A DNA stretch of 26,686 bases from a virus (taxonomy: Duplodnaviria; Caudoviricetes), in the IMG/VR virus record IMGVR_UViG_3300042347_000468, positions 1-26,686 of that record. One strand, 5' to 3'. The position numbers and the translations under genes were made by a program. Under the pieces are notes generated by a model. The model was not told where the DNA came from and searched no databases. It was given only the letters and a program-made list of their open reading frames with translations. Numbering within the stretch: position 1 is the stretch's first letter; each line of letters starts with the position of its first letter. Shown here piece by piece: positions 7,066-15,104 of this stretch.

Positions 7066-7980
7066 ATGCAGACGATGACTTTGAAGGAACTTTTCGAGCG
7101 GTACGTCACGCTGCGGAATCTCAAGGGCAACACGGCGTCGCTTTACACCCAGTTGGGCGACAGGCTGACGAACTTTCTCGGTCACGAGCCGACGCTTGCG
7201 GACCTCGACGACCTCGTGATCGCGAGATACCTGCGCTGGCGGGCCACAACGCCTGGCTACAAGGGGCGGGTGCCGTCGGCTGCGAGTGTCCAGAAGGACA
7301 AGGTGATGCTACAGGCCGCGTGGAACCTCGCCGCCCGCAAGAGATGGGCGGCTGACTTCCCAGAGCTCCCGAAGATCCGCGTTCCGGCGAGGCTGCCAAC
7401 AGGGCGGGCCTACACGGCGGAAGACGTGGCGAAACTGATCGTGCGAGCGAAGCGTCGGCAAGGATCGGTCGGTGGCAAGCGCGCCGCCTGGTGGTGGCCG
7501 ACGCTGATCTATACGGCGTATTGCACTGGCGAACGGTTCACCGCCCTCACGTCGCTCCGCTGGGGGCAGGTCGATCTGGAGCGGCGGCGCGTCGTCTTCC
7601 TTGGGGAGACTCGCAAAGGCAGCACGCGCGACATCGAGCGTGAGATCACGGAAGACCTTGCCGAGATGCTGCGGCGCGAGAAAGGCTCGCCTGACGCTCT
7701 GGTGTGGGCCTGGGACCGCAAGAGCCGCAGCCAATGGGCGAGCCTGCGTCTGCTCTGCCGCCTCGCAGGCGTGAAATACAGGGGCTTCCACGGCTTCCGG
7801 CGGACGGCGGCGTCTTATGCCGCGCTGGCCGGCGGACGGGCAGCCGCAACGCACCTGCTCGATCACGCAGACCCGAACCTCCAGAAGATATATGTCGATC
7901 CTCAAATCTGCCCCGAGGAGGAGATCAGCCTGAGCGCGTTGCCGAAGCTAGACCTTGACCAGAATCGTCAAGGCGAATGA
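7066..7980 (+). CDS. int: Tyrosine recombinase / phage integrase
   Basis: Motifs YCTGERFTAL, ETRKG, FHGFRR and LLDH...IY. ATG 7066 has a GGGAG SD. It is the only convincing plus-strand gene. Confidence 0.9.
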   Translation: MQTMTLKELFERYVTLRNLKGNTASLYTQLGDRLTNFLGHEPTLADLDDLVIARYLRWRATTPGYKGRVPSAASVQKDKVMLQAAWNLAARKRWAADFPELPKIRVPARLPTGRAYTAEDVAKLIVRAKRRQGSVGGKRAAWWWPTLIYTAYCTGERFTALTSLRWGQVDLERRRVVFLGETRKGSTRDIEREITEDLAEMLRREKGSPDALVWAWDRKSRSQWASLRLLCRLAGVKYRGFHGFRRTAASYAALAGGRAAATHLLDHADPNLQKIYVDPQICPEEEISLSALPKLDLDQNRQGE

Positions 7981-7985
7981 CGGCG

Positions 7986-8023
7986 GCGAGGCGGCCGGGA
8001 AAGGACGAAACCGACCGCCTCGC
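7986..8023. terminator. GC-rich hairpin between convergent genes
   Basis: Stem GCGAGGCGG/CCGCCTCGC between the integrase stop and the end of the late operon; no U-tract. Confidence 0.4.
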
Positions 8024-8032
8024 GACGCGCCG

Positions 8033-8518
8033 TCAGCCGATCTTTGCATCGGCGTCAATAAAAATGCTCTGCCCCCTAGCGGCGCGGGCCTCCATTTCGG
8101 CGACCTTCGCCCGCGTGCCGGGAAGCGCCGTCGTTCGCGGGGCAGCGTCCATTGCCGCCTGAACCTCGGCGACGATTCCGTCGAGCTCGTCACGGCCAAG
8201 CATACAGGCGTCATGGATCAACGTCTGATCGCCACGGGCGGCGCGAGCCGAATACGTCTCGCCCTCAAGAGACTGCCCGCCTGCCGTCTCTGGTGCTGCG
8301 AATAAGCGGACTGTATACGTCAGATGTGCGTGGACGCGGGTTATCCGTATCAACCAATTTCGCACATTCACCGGGACCGATCTTCGGATTGGCTGCTTTC
8401 CTGCGGGAAGTTTTTTTGGTTTTGCGTTTGGGCATGGGGCGGCCTTGGGTTTGTCCTGCCCGAAAAATGTCCGCTGAACGTCAGACATGATGGCGGGCGA
8501 TTTTCGCTTAGGCGTCAA
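8033..8518 (-). CDS. Hypothetical protein
   Basis: TTGA overlap with the upstream gene. The C-terminal motif T.ALPGT.AKV..ME.RA.RGQSIF...D is one I associate with planctomycete phage/prophage proteins. Confidence 0.6.
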   Translation of the reverse strand: MTPKRKSPAIMSDVQRTFFGQDKPKAAPCPNAKPKKLPAGKQPIRRSVPVNVRNWLIRITRVHAHLTYTVRLFAAPETAGGQSLEGETYSARAARGDQTLIHDACMLGRDELDGIVAEVQAAMDAAPRTTALPGTRAKVAEMEARAARGQSIFIDADAKIG

Positions 8519-8913
8519 GCGGCGCGGGGATTGTGACGCACGATGGCGATCACGGCTCGGATCCCGATGCGGGCCTCAGGGCAACTAAACCAGAGGTTCG
8601 CAAACTCAACGACGCAGGCTCGGAGCACCAGGTCGAGGGCCGCCTTGTGGCTGGGCTTGCAGCCCCAGCGGGCTTCGATGTTTTCCCTCACCTTCGCGGT
8701 CGTGACGGCGATCGCGTCGAGCACGTCGTCGGCGGCTCGCGCACAGGAGAGTTTGCCAGCGATCTCGGCCATCGTCCGCTCCGGCCAGCAGCGGCAGATT
8801 TCGGTGACGATCACGTCGCAAGTGTGCTCAAGCTCGGCGGCGCGTGGCCCGATTTGCTCGCGCACCGCATCGCAGAGCTCTCGCAGCGTCAGCGTATCGA
8901 GCGCGTCGCCCAC
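8515..8913 (-). CDS. Hypothetical alpha-helical protein
   Basis: GTG start with GGAGG SD; operon packing. Confidence 0.6.
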   Translation of the reverse strand: MGDALDTLTLRELCDAVREQIGPRAAELEHTCDVIVTEICRCWPERTMAEIAGKLSCARAADDVLDAIAVTTAKVRENIEARWGCKPSHKAALDLVLRACVVEFANLWFSCPEARIGIRAVIAIVRHNPRAA

Positions 8914-8928
8914 CGTCGCCTCCAGCTA

Positions 8929-9249
8929 TTAGGGCTTGGCCGGCGAAACTGTCGCGGGCGACGCGCCCGGCACGCGGCACTTTCCGTCTGGGCAGCCGGC
9001 GGCACCGCAATGGCATTTCGTGCGATGCCCGTCACCGTGCGTAATCCAGCCGGTGCCGTTGCAGTCCTCGCACTTCTCGGGCTTCGGCTTCGGGCCTGGG
9101 GCGGGCGGCGTCGGGCTCGGTGCCTCCACGACCATGCTGGCCCGTGCCGTGCTGACGGCGGCAGCCGCGCGAGCCGCCTCGCGGTCGAAGACCGCAGGGT
9201 CAGACGAGAGCCAAGTGAGAACCCAGAGAATCCAATTCCAGAGCGTCAT
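8929..9249 (-). CDS. Small exported/membrane protein with Pro-rich linker and Cys-rich (CxxCxGxG) C-terminus
   Basis: TAATG overlap at 9249, hydrophobic N-terminus, then CEDCNGTG...CHC...CPDGKC. Confidence 0.65.
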   Translation of the reverse strand: MTLWNWILWVLTWLSSDPAVFDREAARAAAAVSTARASMVVEAPSPTPPAPGPKPKPEKCEDCNGTGWITHGDGHRTKCHCGAAGCPDGKCRVPGASPATVSPAKP

Positions 9250-9512
9250 TACCAACCCTTTCCGTGGTCCACGACTGTATAGCCGTCGTCTCCAATCGCA
9301 GGGGCTTTGACGAGATGCCGAGCCTCGGGCTCTGGCGGGGCGGGCTCGACGAACACGGCGACCCAGAGCAGCGTCTTCGCGGTCTTCACGATCCACCGGA
9401 GGACAGGGCGGTCGGCCAGCGGCGTGACGGGCTTATCGGGCGGGCTCGCCAGCCAGTAGCCGATGGCGACGCAGGCGGCGAGGGTCAGGAGTGTGTTGCG
9501 GTCGAGCTTCAT
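9249..9512 (-). CDS. Small membrane protein (two hydrophobic segments)
   Basis: LLTLAACVAIGYWLA and LLWVAVFV segments; translationally coupled on both sides. Confidence 0.65.
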   Translation of the reverse strand: MKLDRNTLLTLAACVAIGYWLASPPDKPVTPLADRPVLRWIVKTAKTLLWVAVFVEPAPPEPEARHLVKAPAIGDDGYTVVDHGKGW

Positions 9513-10627
9513 TGATCAGCCTTCGAGAGAGAGTCGATCGGCGCGGGCTCTAGCCAGCGTCCGTTGTGAATGTCTCGGTATCCAAAACCGGCGACGCCGC
9601 CGATAGCCCAGGTGTCGGAGCGGATCATTCGCTCAACGACTTCGCGACGCGCCCAGAAGGCACCGTCGGGGAGATCCGCAGGAAACTTGCCGCCCTCGTA
9701 GCGGACCCATCGCGGACCCCAACTGTTGAGGATGCAGGCGAGATCGGCGGGAGCGCCGTTCTTCTTGTGGACGATTCCGCAGATCATCATCTGGTGGTGC
9801 CACGTCCCGCTGGCCTCGGCTATGCCCTTGTTGGCGACCGACGCAAAGCCTTGGGAACTGGCGACAGTGCAGGGGTAGCCAGACTCCAGAGCGGCGGCGA
9901 GTTCGTCCCACGTCTCGACCTTCACGACGTGCTTACAGGGATGCTTCTTCGCCAGCCGGTCGAGCCGGTAGTTATCGCCCTGGCCGCCGGCACCGTACGC
10001 GCCTTCGGTCTTTTCGCGGTTGGCGTTGTACGTCGTGTAGTCGAAGATGCCCTCGTAGGGCTTGCGGTAGACCACTCCCCAATCGCGAAGCCAGCGGGCG
10101 GCAGCCGCGCCAAACGATCCGTCGCTCCACCCGCCAACAGGCTGCGAGCCGTCGTAGCCTTCGGGGTTGCTGCGACGGGCTTCGACGCGCGAACCGCCGT
10201 ACAGCGGCTCGGTGGCCGGGATCATCGGGGGCTCGGCCAGTTCGCCGATTTCCCACGACACGCTTTCGGCACAATAGACGGCGTGCATCGCGCCCCACGC
10301 GACGCACGATCCGATCAACTGCTTGCCGACCACAAAGTCGGTGCCGTAGCGGGCGCGGTGGGCCTTGAACATCGCCCTGTAGAGAAACGTGTCGACGCCT
10401 TTGGCGTTCGCCATCGCGTCGGCCCCTGCCTGCCGAAACATCGGCTGCGGCAGTTCCGCCATGAACCGGGCGACGCCTTCTGGATTCGGGACATAGCCGA
10501 AGTTGTCGTCGCCCCAGACGCCAGGCGGGCCATCGCTGCGCCACGATTCAATGGCGACGGCGAGCCCGAGCCCTAAGAGCAGGGCAGCGGCGAAGATTTG
10601 CCAGCGGGCCTTCGCAGACGAGCTCAT
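9509..10627 (-). CDS. Papain-family (C1) cysteine peptidase with N-terminal signal/anchor
   Basis: Oxyanion Gln and catalytic Cys in GKQLIGSCVAWG, His in WHHQMMICG, Asn in ILNSWG, and late GAFW. N-terminal TM segment IFAAALLLGLGLAVAI. ATG 10627 overlaps the upstream stop. Confidence 0.85.
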   Translation of the reverse strand: MSSSAKARWQIFAAALLLGLGLAVAIESWRSDGPPGVWGDDNFGYVPNPEGVARFMAELPQPMFRQAGADAMANAKGVDTFLYRAMFKAHRARYGTDFVVGKQLIGSCVAWGAMHAVYCAESVSWEIGELAEPPMIPATEPLYGGSRVEARRSNPEGYDGSQPVGGWSDGSFGAAAARWLRDWGVVYRKPYEGIFDYTTYNANREKTEGAYGAGGQGDNYRLDRLAKKHPCKHVVKVETWDELAAALESGYPCTVASSQGFASVANKGIAEASGTWHHQMMICGIVHKKNGAPADLACILNSWGPRWVRYEGGKFPADLPDGAFWARREVVERMIRSDTWAIGGVAGFGYRDIHNGRWLEPAPIDSLSKADQ

Positions 10628-11169
10628 CGGGCGGCAGCCTCCGCAGCGCGAGCAACCTCGCGGTAGGCCGCGACCCACTTCGCCCGCTGCTCTGGCGTGA
10701 GCGGCCCGCCCGAGGTGCCGGCGGCAGCGTTTAAGAACTGCTCAATCGCCTCCCTCGCTCGCGGATGCTTCTCGCCCAGGCTCTCGCCCTTGCACAGCAT
10801 GAGCCGCGTGCGGACGCGAAGCTCGTCAAACGCCACGCCTGACTTAATGAGCGGCTCTGGCTGCGTCCCGTCCCACTCAACCTGCTCAGCGATCTCGCCG
10901 CAGAGAGCCGCCGTGGTGGCTGCGTCTGAGGCTGCGTCGGGGCCGACAAACGTGCCACGGAGATCGAGCTTCGTCGGCGACGGCGACGGCGTCGGCTGCG
11001 GGGCCGCTGGCGAACGCAAGGCGTATGACGCCAGTGCTGCCGCCCCGAGCAGGATTGCCGCGTAGTGGCGACGGTCGAGATTGGAGAGGTCGATCTCTGG
11101 GGCGTGCTCGCGAATCCAGGGCCACGCCAACACAACGGCAGCGGCAACGAGCAGCAGGGCAGTAATCAC
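10624..11169 (-). CDS. Membrane-anchored protein (two N-terminal TM segments, Pro linker, helical domain)
   Basis: GTG 11169 overlaps the upstream TGA; TM segments ITALLLVAAAVVLAW and YAAILLGAAALASYAL. Confidence 0.7.
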   Translation of the reverse strand: MITALLLVAAAVVLAWPWIREHAPEIDLSNLDRRHYAAILLGAAALASYALRSPAAPQPTPSPSPTKLDLRGTFVGPDAASDAATTAALCGEIAEQVEWDGTQPEPLIKSGVAFDELRVRTRLMLCKGESLGEKHPRAREAIEQFLNAAAGTSGGPLTPEQRAKWVAAYREVARAAEAAAR

Positions 11170-11540
11170 GGGGCAGCCTTTCGGACAAGGGGCAGAAGCG
11201 ATTCGATGGCACCGCTGGCGACCAAGAGCAGCAGTTGGCGGGCGGCCGGTTTCAGGATCACCCAGACCGGCCACGCGAGCGCGGGGATCGCCTTGTCCGC
11301 GAGCGTGTCGAACAACAGCCCCACGGCGTTGAGAACAAACTGCTTTCGCTCGGCCCCATCGACCGGGATCGAGTCGGCCGCTTCAATCGCGACCCGCATC
11401 AGGGCGACGGCGAGCTCGCCAAACTCCGCGAGCGTGATCCCGCCAGCGGCTTTGACCTTCGCCGTAGCGACGAACGCTCGCACCTTCTCGGCGAGCGACA
11501 CGAGGTCGTAGGCAGCCTGGAGCGGAGCGGATGAGATCAT
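11166..11540 (-). CDS. Putative holin-like membrane protein
   Basis: ATG 11540. AIEAAD...GAERKQFVL resembles LL-H-type holin motifs, the C-terminal half is hydrophobic, and it heads the membrane cassette. Confidence 0.45.
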   Translation of the reverse strand: MISSAPLQAAYDLVSLAEKVRAFVATAKVKAAGGITLAEFGELAVALMRVAIEAADSIPVDGAERKQFVLNAVGLLFDTLADKAIPALAWPVWVILKPAARQLLLLVASGAIESLLPLVRKAAP

Positions 11541-11773
11541 TTCACGAGCCCCATGAGGATTGCCCGGCGGGCGGAATCGAGAGAGCAGCCGAGGCGGAAC
11601 GCGACCAGTTGCACATGCGAGGCGGTCAGCGGAGCGGGCCGCTTGCTCGTCACCTTGCCCCAATACTCCTGCGACTTCGTGTAGTTCTTGGCGAGCGACA
11701 CAACCTCGCCGGCGGCCGCGATGGGTTCGCGCCCGTCAGGTCCGCCTCGACGCCAGTGAGCCGCAGCGATCAC
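11537..11773 (-). CDS. Hypothetical protein
   Basis: GTG start with GGAGG SD, just downstream of a late-promoter motif; ATGA overlap with the next gene. Confidence 0.6.
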   Translation of the reverse strand: MIAAAHWRRGGPDGREPIAAAGEVVSLAKNYTKSQEYWGKVTSKRPAPLTASHVQLVAFRLGCSLDSARRAILMGLVK

Positions 11774-11791
11774 GTCAGCCTCCGACCGTTC

Positions 11792-11825
11792 AGATTGGTC
11801 GAAAAACGGGCGTGACCGTAGGGGC
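11792..11825 (-). promoter_or_regulatory. Putative phage late promoter (copy 1)
   Basis: GCCCCT-N22-CAATCT. Confidence 0.6.
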
Positions 11826-12556
11826 TATGGCAGCGTTTCGCACTCGGCAAGACAGGCGGCGTAGCCAGCCAGGTCGATCGGCGTGTCGGTCGTTTTGCTC
11901 GGCCCCATGTGCCTGGCAACCTTGTCGAGCGTCATAACGACTGCCCAGTCAGCGGGGGTCAGCGGGCGTTTCAGCACGTCGGCAAATGCGGCGTTGATCA
12001 TGCCCACCGTGCGGGCGAAATGGTGGAGCGGCCCGCCGTACTTCGGGCGACGGTCGCGGATCACGTCGATTGCGTCTCTCAGCAACCGCTCGGCGGGCGT
12101 CTCGTCTTGGTCAGCCAAGAGCCCGTCCCCGGTGTGACGTATGTCAACCGGCTCGCGCTCGCCCTTCAGTTCGCGCTCGCCCTGGAGAATCCAGTCCACC
12201 GGGATCGACGGCACATCGGCGTCAGCGATCTCGGTAGGCGACTCCTGCTCGGTCGTGTCGAAGCAGCGGGCCGCCGCCTCCTGCGCGGGGCGACAACCGG
12301 CGAGCGACGCAGCCATCGGGGAGTAGCCACGCTTCTTCGGATCGTCATCTGGCGTCGCGTCCATGCGAGCGGCGACGGCTTCGCGGAGGGCTCGGTTCTC
12401 GGCTTCCAACTGGTCAAACGCTGCGGTCATGGCTGCCCTTTCCTTGATGAGTCTGAGAACGTCTGCGGCGAGCGTGCCGCTCGTGCCGGTGTACGCACCG
12501 GAGAAGCGGCGAGCGCGATACTCTGCCTCTCGGAGATAATCTGCGGAGAGCGTCAA
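11825..12556 (-). CDS. DUF6378-like domain protein with N-terminal coiled coil
   Basis: C-terminal R...YGGP..HFART.....A......P.DWAVVM.LDKVAR.....DT.IDLAGYAAC matches the phage DUF6378 pattern. Confidence 0.7.
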   Translation of the reverse strand: MTLSADYLREAEYRARRFSGAYTGTSGTLAADVLRLIKERAAMTAAFDQLEAENRALREAVAARMDATPDDDPKKRGYSPMAASLAGCRPAQEAAARCFDTTEQESPTEIADADVPSIPVDWILQGERELKGEREPVDIRHTGDGLLADQDETPAERLLRDAIDVIRDRRPKYGGPLHHFARTVGMINAAFADVLKRPLTPADWAVVMTLDKVARHMGPSKTTDTPIDLAGYAACLAECETLP

Positions 12557-12570
12557 GCGCGGGCGGCCTT

Positions 12571-13374
12571 TCAGGCGGATGCGAGCCGCCTTGCGTCGAG
12601 TCGCTGGCGGGCTTCAGAAATGTCGCGAAGCGTCCAGATGAATTTCTTTTGCGGCACCGGAATCCGATCATGCTTTGCCACGTTCTCGGCCGCCCACAGT
12701 GGCCGCAGGTTTGTGTAGTGGAACGCAACCCGCTGCTGCTCAACGCACGACAGGTCAAACGCACTGAGCGGGACAATGTGATCGACGTGCCACAGCGACC
12801 TGTTGTGCCATCCCATTCCATGCACGAACTGCGATTCCAGCCATGCCATCAGTTCTTTCGGAGAGCAACCGACTAGCTCAAACGTCCTTGCTGCTTTTTT
12901 CGCCCCTGACTCAACGAGTGCATGGCGAACCCGGCAACGCAGCCTTCCGGCAATGGCGTATTGCGGGTCAGTCTCTCGCTTCCTGCGCGACCGAACAGCC
13001 GCCACGCTCGGGTTGCTCTTTCGATATTCCTTGCCGCACCGAATGATCTTCTCGCGGTTTCGCAGGTAGTATTCGCGGGCCTGCGCACGAAGTTTTTCGG
13101 CATTCTCGGAGCGGTATTGCGGCTTGTATTTCCGGCTATAAGCTCGCCGCTTTTCTCGTTGCTCTTGCGTCGCCGACAACCGCCGCTTGCGAGCACGCTC
13201 ACGCATCGGAGCCAGCCTCGCCTCTCGCTGCTCTGGCGTTTCGCTGTCGCGTCGCTTCTTCGCCGACTCGTTTTCGCTGGCTCGCATTGCCAGATACTTA
13301 TCGCGAGGCATATTGCGGTATGCCTCGCGCCTCTTCGCGAGCCGCTCCTCCTTCGACAGCCCGTCAGTTGCCAT
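12571..13374 (-). CDS. HNH-type (endonuclease VII-like) homing endonuclease with Arg/Lys-rich N-terminus
   Basis: ELVGCS..EL..WLESQF..GM.W.N...WHVDHIVPL..FDL......FHYTNLRPLWA.EN.AK. Start re-called at ATG 13374. Confidence 0.8.
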   Translation of the reverse strand: MATDGLSKEERLAKRREAYRNMPRDKYLAMRASENESAKKRRDSETPEQREARLAPMRERARKRRLSATQEQREKRRAYSRKYKPQYRSENAEKLRAQAREYYLRNREKIIRCGKEYRKSNPSVAAVRSRRKRETDPQYAIAGRLRCRVRHALVESGAKKAARTFELVGCSPKELMAWLESQFVHGMGWHNRSLWHVDHIVPLSAFDLSCVEQQRVAFHYTNLRPLWAAENVAKHDRIPVPQKKFIWTLRDISEARQRLDARRLASA

Positions 13375-14527
13375 CGCACGTCCTCGCATACGCCATGTGG
13401 AGCTCTGCCAGCCCGCCCTCTGGCGAATAGATGAATCCCTGCATTGCCCGCTCCGAGCCAATGAACCCAGACTCCACGTGCCACGCATCCGGCGGCACAA
13501 TCGTCGGGTGAGTCCTGACGATAACTCCATCGATGGTGCTGATCTCTGCCGCCTGGTGATGCAGATGCCCGACGTGCCATTCACGGTGCCGGCACTTAGA
13601 CCACAACTGGGATGCCTCCAGCGCCATGATTCCGGCGAGCTTCTTTTTCGCTTTGTCGCCGTGCGTGACGCCGATAAGGTTTCCGCCATGCGTCAAGTAT
13701 TTCCGGCTTGTGAACTCGCCATTGACGATCACCCGAGAGTCGCTTCGGTATCGCTCGATCAGGATTTTCTGGAGGGCGAAGCTGAGAGCGGAATCGTGAT
13801 TGCCGGGGACGATGAGCACGTCCGTCGCGACGGTTTCAGCCGAGTGCTCAATGGCACGAAAGATCGCGGCGGCTGCCGTATCAATCGCCTTTTGGAGTCG
13901 AGAATCCCGGTCTAGGTAGGTGCCTGACGTTGTTGTGCCAGACACGGTATCGAAGTGCATCGTGTCGCCAGCGAGCACGATTGATCGCCTGACGATTCCG
14001 AGGTCGTTGCCGCGTTCGATGAGATTCGCGCTCGCCTTCGCCACGACGGCACTGGCAATGTTGAGGTCGTAGTCGGCCCCGGTGGTGTGCCGCCACGACC
14101 GACTGCCCATGTGGAGATCGCTCATCACGACCACGCTCCACAAGCCGTCCCGCTTCCGCTTGTGGGCCTTGGTCTTCGGCCGCCGAATCTCCTTCTTCGC
14201 CGCGTCGATCATGGACGCCACGCATTCCAGCGTCGTCGGCCCGCCCCGTGGCTTGAGCCGTACAAAGACCCGGTGCAGTTCGATGCTCCCGCCTTCTCCG
14301 TCGCCGCACTCCCATTTCGTCGCCTCGCTGGCGGCGACCTCGAAGCGGGCCATATCGGCTTCGATATGCGCGAGAAGATCCTCCACCGTCTTGATGCGTC
14401 GGCTCGTCGAGCGGGCTTCGAGCGTGTCGCCGCTTTGCGACTGCGTAACCTGCTCGGCATCAGCGGACGGTTTCGGGGGCGGCAACTTGGACGCCACGTC
14501 TGCCGCTAGCGTTTTCCGTTTAACCAC
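13364..14527 (-). CDS. Calcineurin-like metallophosphoesterase
   Basis: Five canonical motifs: SDLH, AGD, GNHD, THGD and GHLH. Confidence 0.9.
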   Translation of the reverse strand: MVKRKTLAADVASKLPPPKPSADAEQVTQSQSGDTLEARSTSRRIKTVEDLLAHIEADMARFEVAASEATKWECGDGEGGSIELHRVFVRLKPRGGPTTLECVASMIDAAKKEIRRPKTKAHKRKRDGLWSVVVMSDLHMGSRSWRHTTGADYDLNIASAVVAKASANLIERGNDLGIVRRSIVLAGDTMHFDTVSGTTTSGTYLDRDSRLQKAIDTAAAAIFRAIEHSAETVATDVLIVPGNHDSALSFALQKILIERYRSDSRVIVNGEFTSRKYLTHGGNLIGVTHGDKAKKKLAGIMALEASQLWSKCRHREWHVGHLHHQAAEISTIDGVIVRTHPTIVPPDAWHVESGFIGSERAMQGFIYSPEGGLAELHMAYARTCDGN

Positions 14528-14769
14528 TGAATGATTCCCTGGAGTCCGCTTGTCTTCCAGCCGCGCTCGCGTGCGGCCTCCATGATCGCGCGGGCGAAAG
14601 CAGCCTTCTGGTGCTTGGAGTGATCGAACGACGCCCGCACCGTTTCCAGTTCCGCCTGTGCCTCGGCAGGCAACCTTTCAAACCACGTCCCGAATCCAGG
14701 GCTGCGGTTGCGCGTCCGCGAGAGAACGTCGTCGAGCAGGCTCAATGCCTTCGCCTTCCCCTTAGCCAT
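14506..14769 (-). CDS. Small hypothetical (possibly DNA-binding) protein
   Basis: 87-aa ORF coupled to both neighbours. Confidence 0.6.
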   Translation of the reverse strand: MAKGKAKALSLLDDVLSRTRNRSPGFGTWFERLPAEAQAELETVRASFDHSKHQKAAFARAIMEAARERGWKTSGLQGIIQWLNGKR

Positions 14770-15059
14770 CAGTCCTCCTCGTCGTCACGGTGGCGGAACC
14801 CTTCGGCGTCGAGCACGCCAGACAGCGTTTCCGAAAACTCGACTACGGCATCTTCAGACAGGTCGGGCCAGCGGGCGTGAATGAGCTCGTGAATCAACGT
14901 ATCCAGTAGGTCAACGCCTCGGAGTCGGGCGTCGATGCGAATGCGCCGCAGCGTGTAGTTGCAATCGCCGTCGATGCCGCGAAGACGCTGCGACCGTTCG
15001 ATCTTCCAGCGTTGGTCGCCGACGTAGACGGTGCGGCGTTGGCGCTTCCTGCGGGGCAT
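14769..15059 (-). CDS. Small HExxH zinc-metallopeptidase-like protein
   Basis: G.C.Y..RRIRID..L....LLDTLIHELIHA and a downstream E in EDAVVE; basic N-terminus, acidic C-terminus. Confidence 0.75.
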   Translation of the reverse strand: MPRRKRQRRTVYVGDQRWKIERSQRLRGIDGDCNYTLRRIRIDARLRGVDLLDTLIHELIHARWPDLSEDAVVEFSETLSGVLDAEGFRHRDDEED

Positions 15060-15065
15060 ATCGCC

Positions 15066-15099
15066 AGCGTAGAGCGAGGGTCAACGTGCGGGCAGGGCG
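15066..15099 (-). promoter_or_regulatory. Putative phage late promoter (copy 2, probably leaderless transcript)
   Basis: CGCCCT-N22-TACGCT, with 6 nt between the -10 box and ATG 15059 and no SD. Confidence 0.55.
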
Positions 15100-15104
15100 T
15101 CAAC

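Noticed and set aside
6940-7070. Complete tRNA or tmRNA gene
   Set aside because: Only the 3' ~19 nt resembles one; there is no 5' T-stem strand, D arm or anticodon arm.
7986-8023. Hairpin with GAAA as a hammerhead ribozyme
   Set aside because: It lacks the CUGANGA core and is better explained as a terminator-like stem between convergent genes.
8929-9249. DnaJ chaperone
   Set aside because: It has only one CxxCxGxG motif and no J-domain/HPD motif.
9566-10576. Long plus-strand ORFs (also 37-849, 4758-5597, 11909-12718, 19518-20567, 20708-21607, 25143-25952)
   Set aside because: They are antisense shadows of well-supported high-GC minus-strand genes, with no motifs or promoters.
13375-13689. 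Upstream extensions of the HNH ORF and others (19073-19261, 10628-10678, 11170-11274, 11541-11663, 9250-9396)
   Set aside because: They overlap upstream genes, and internal starts give clean stop-start coupling.
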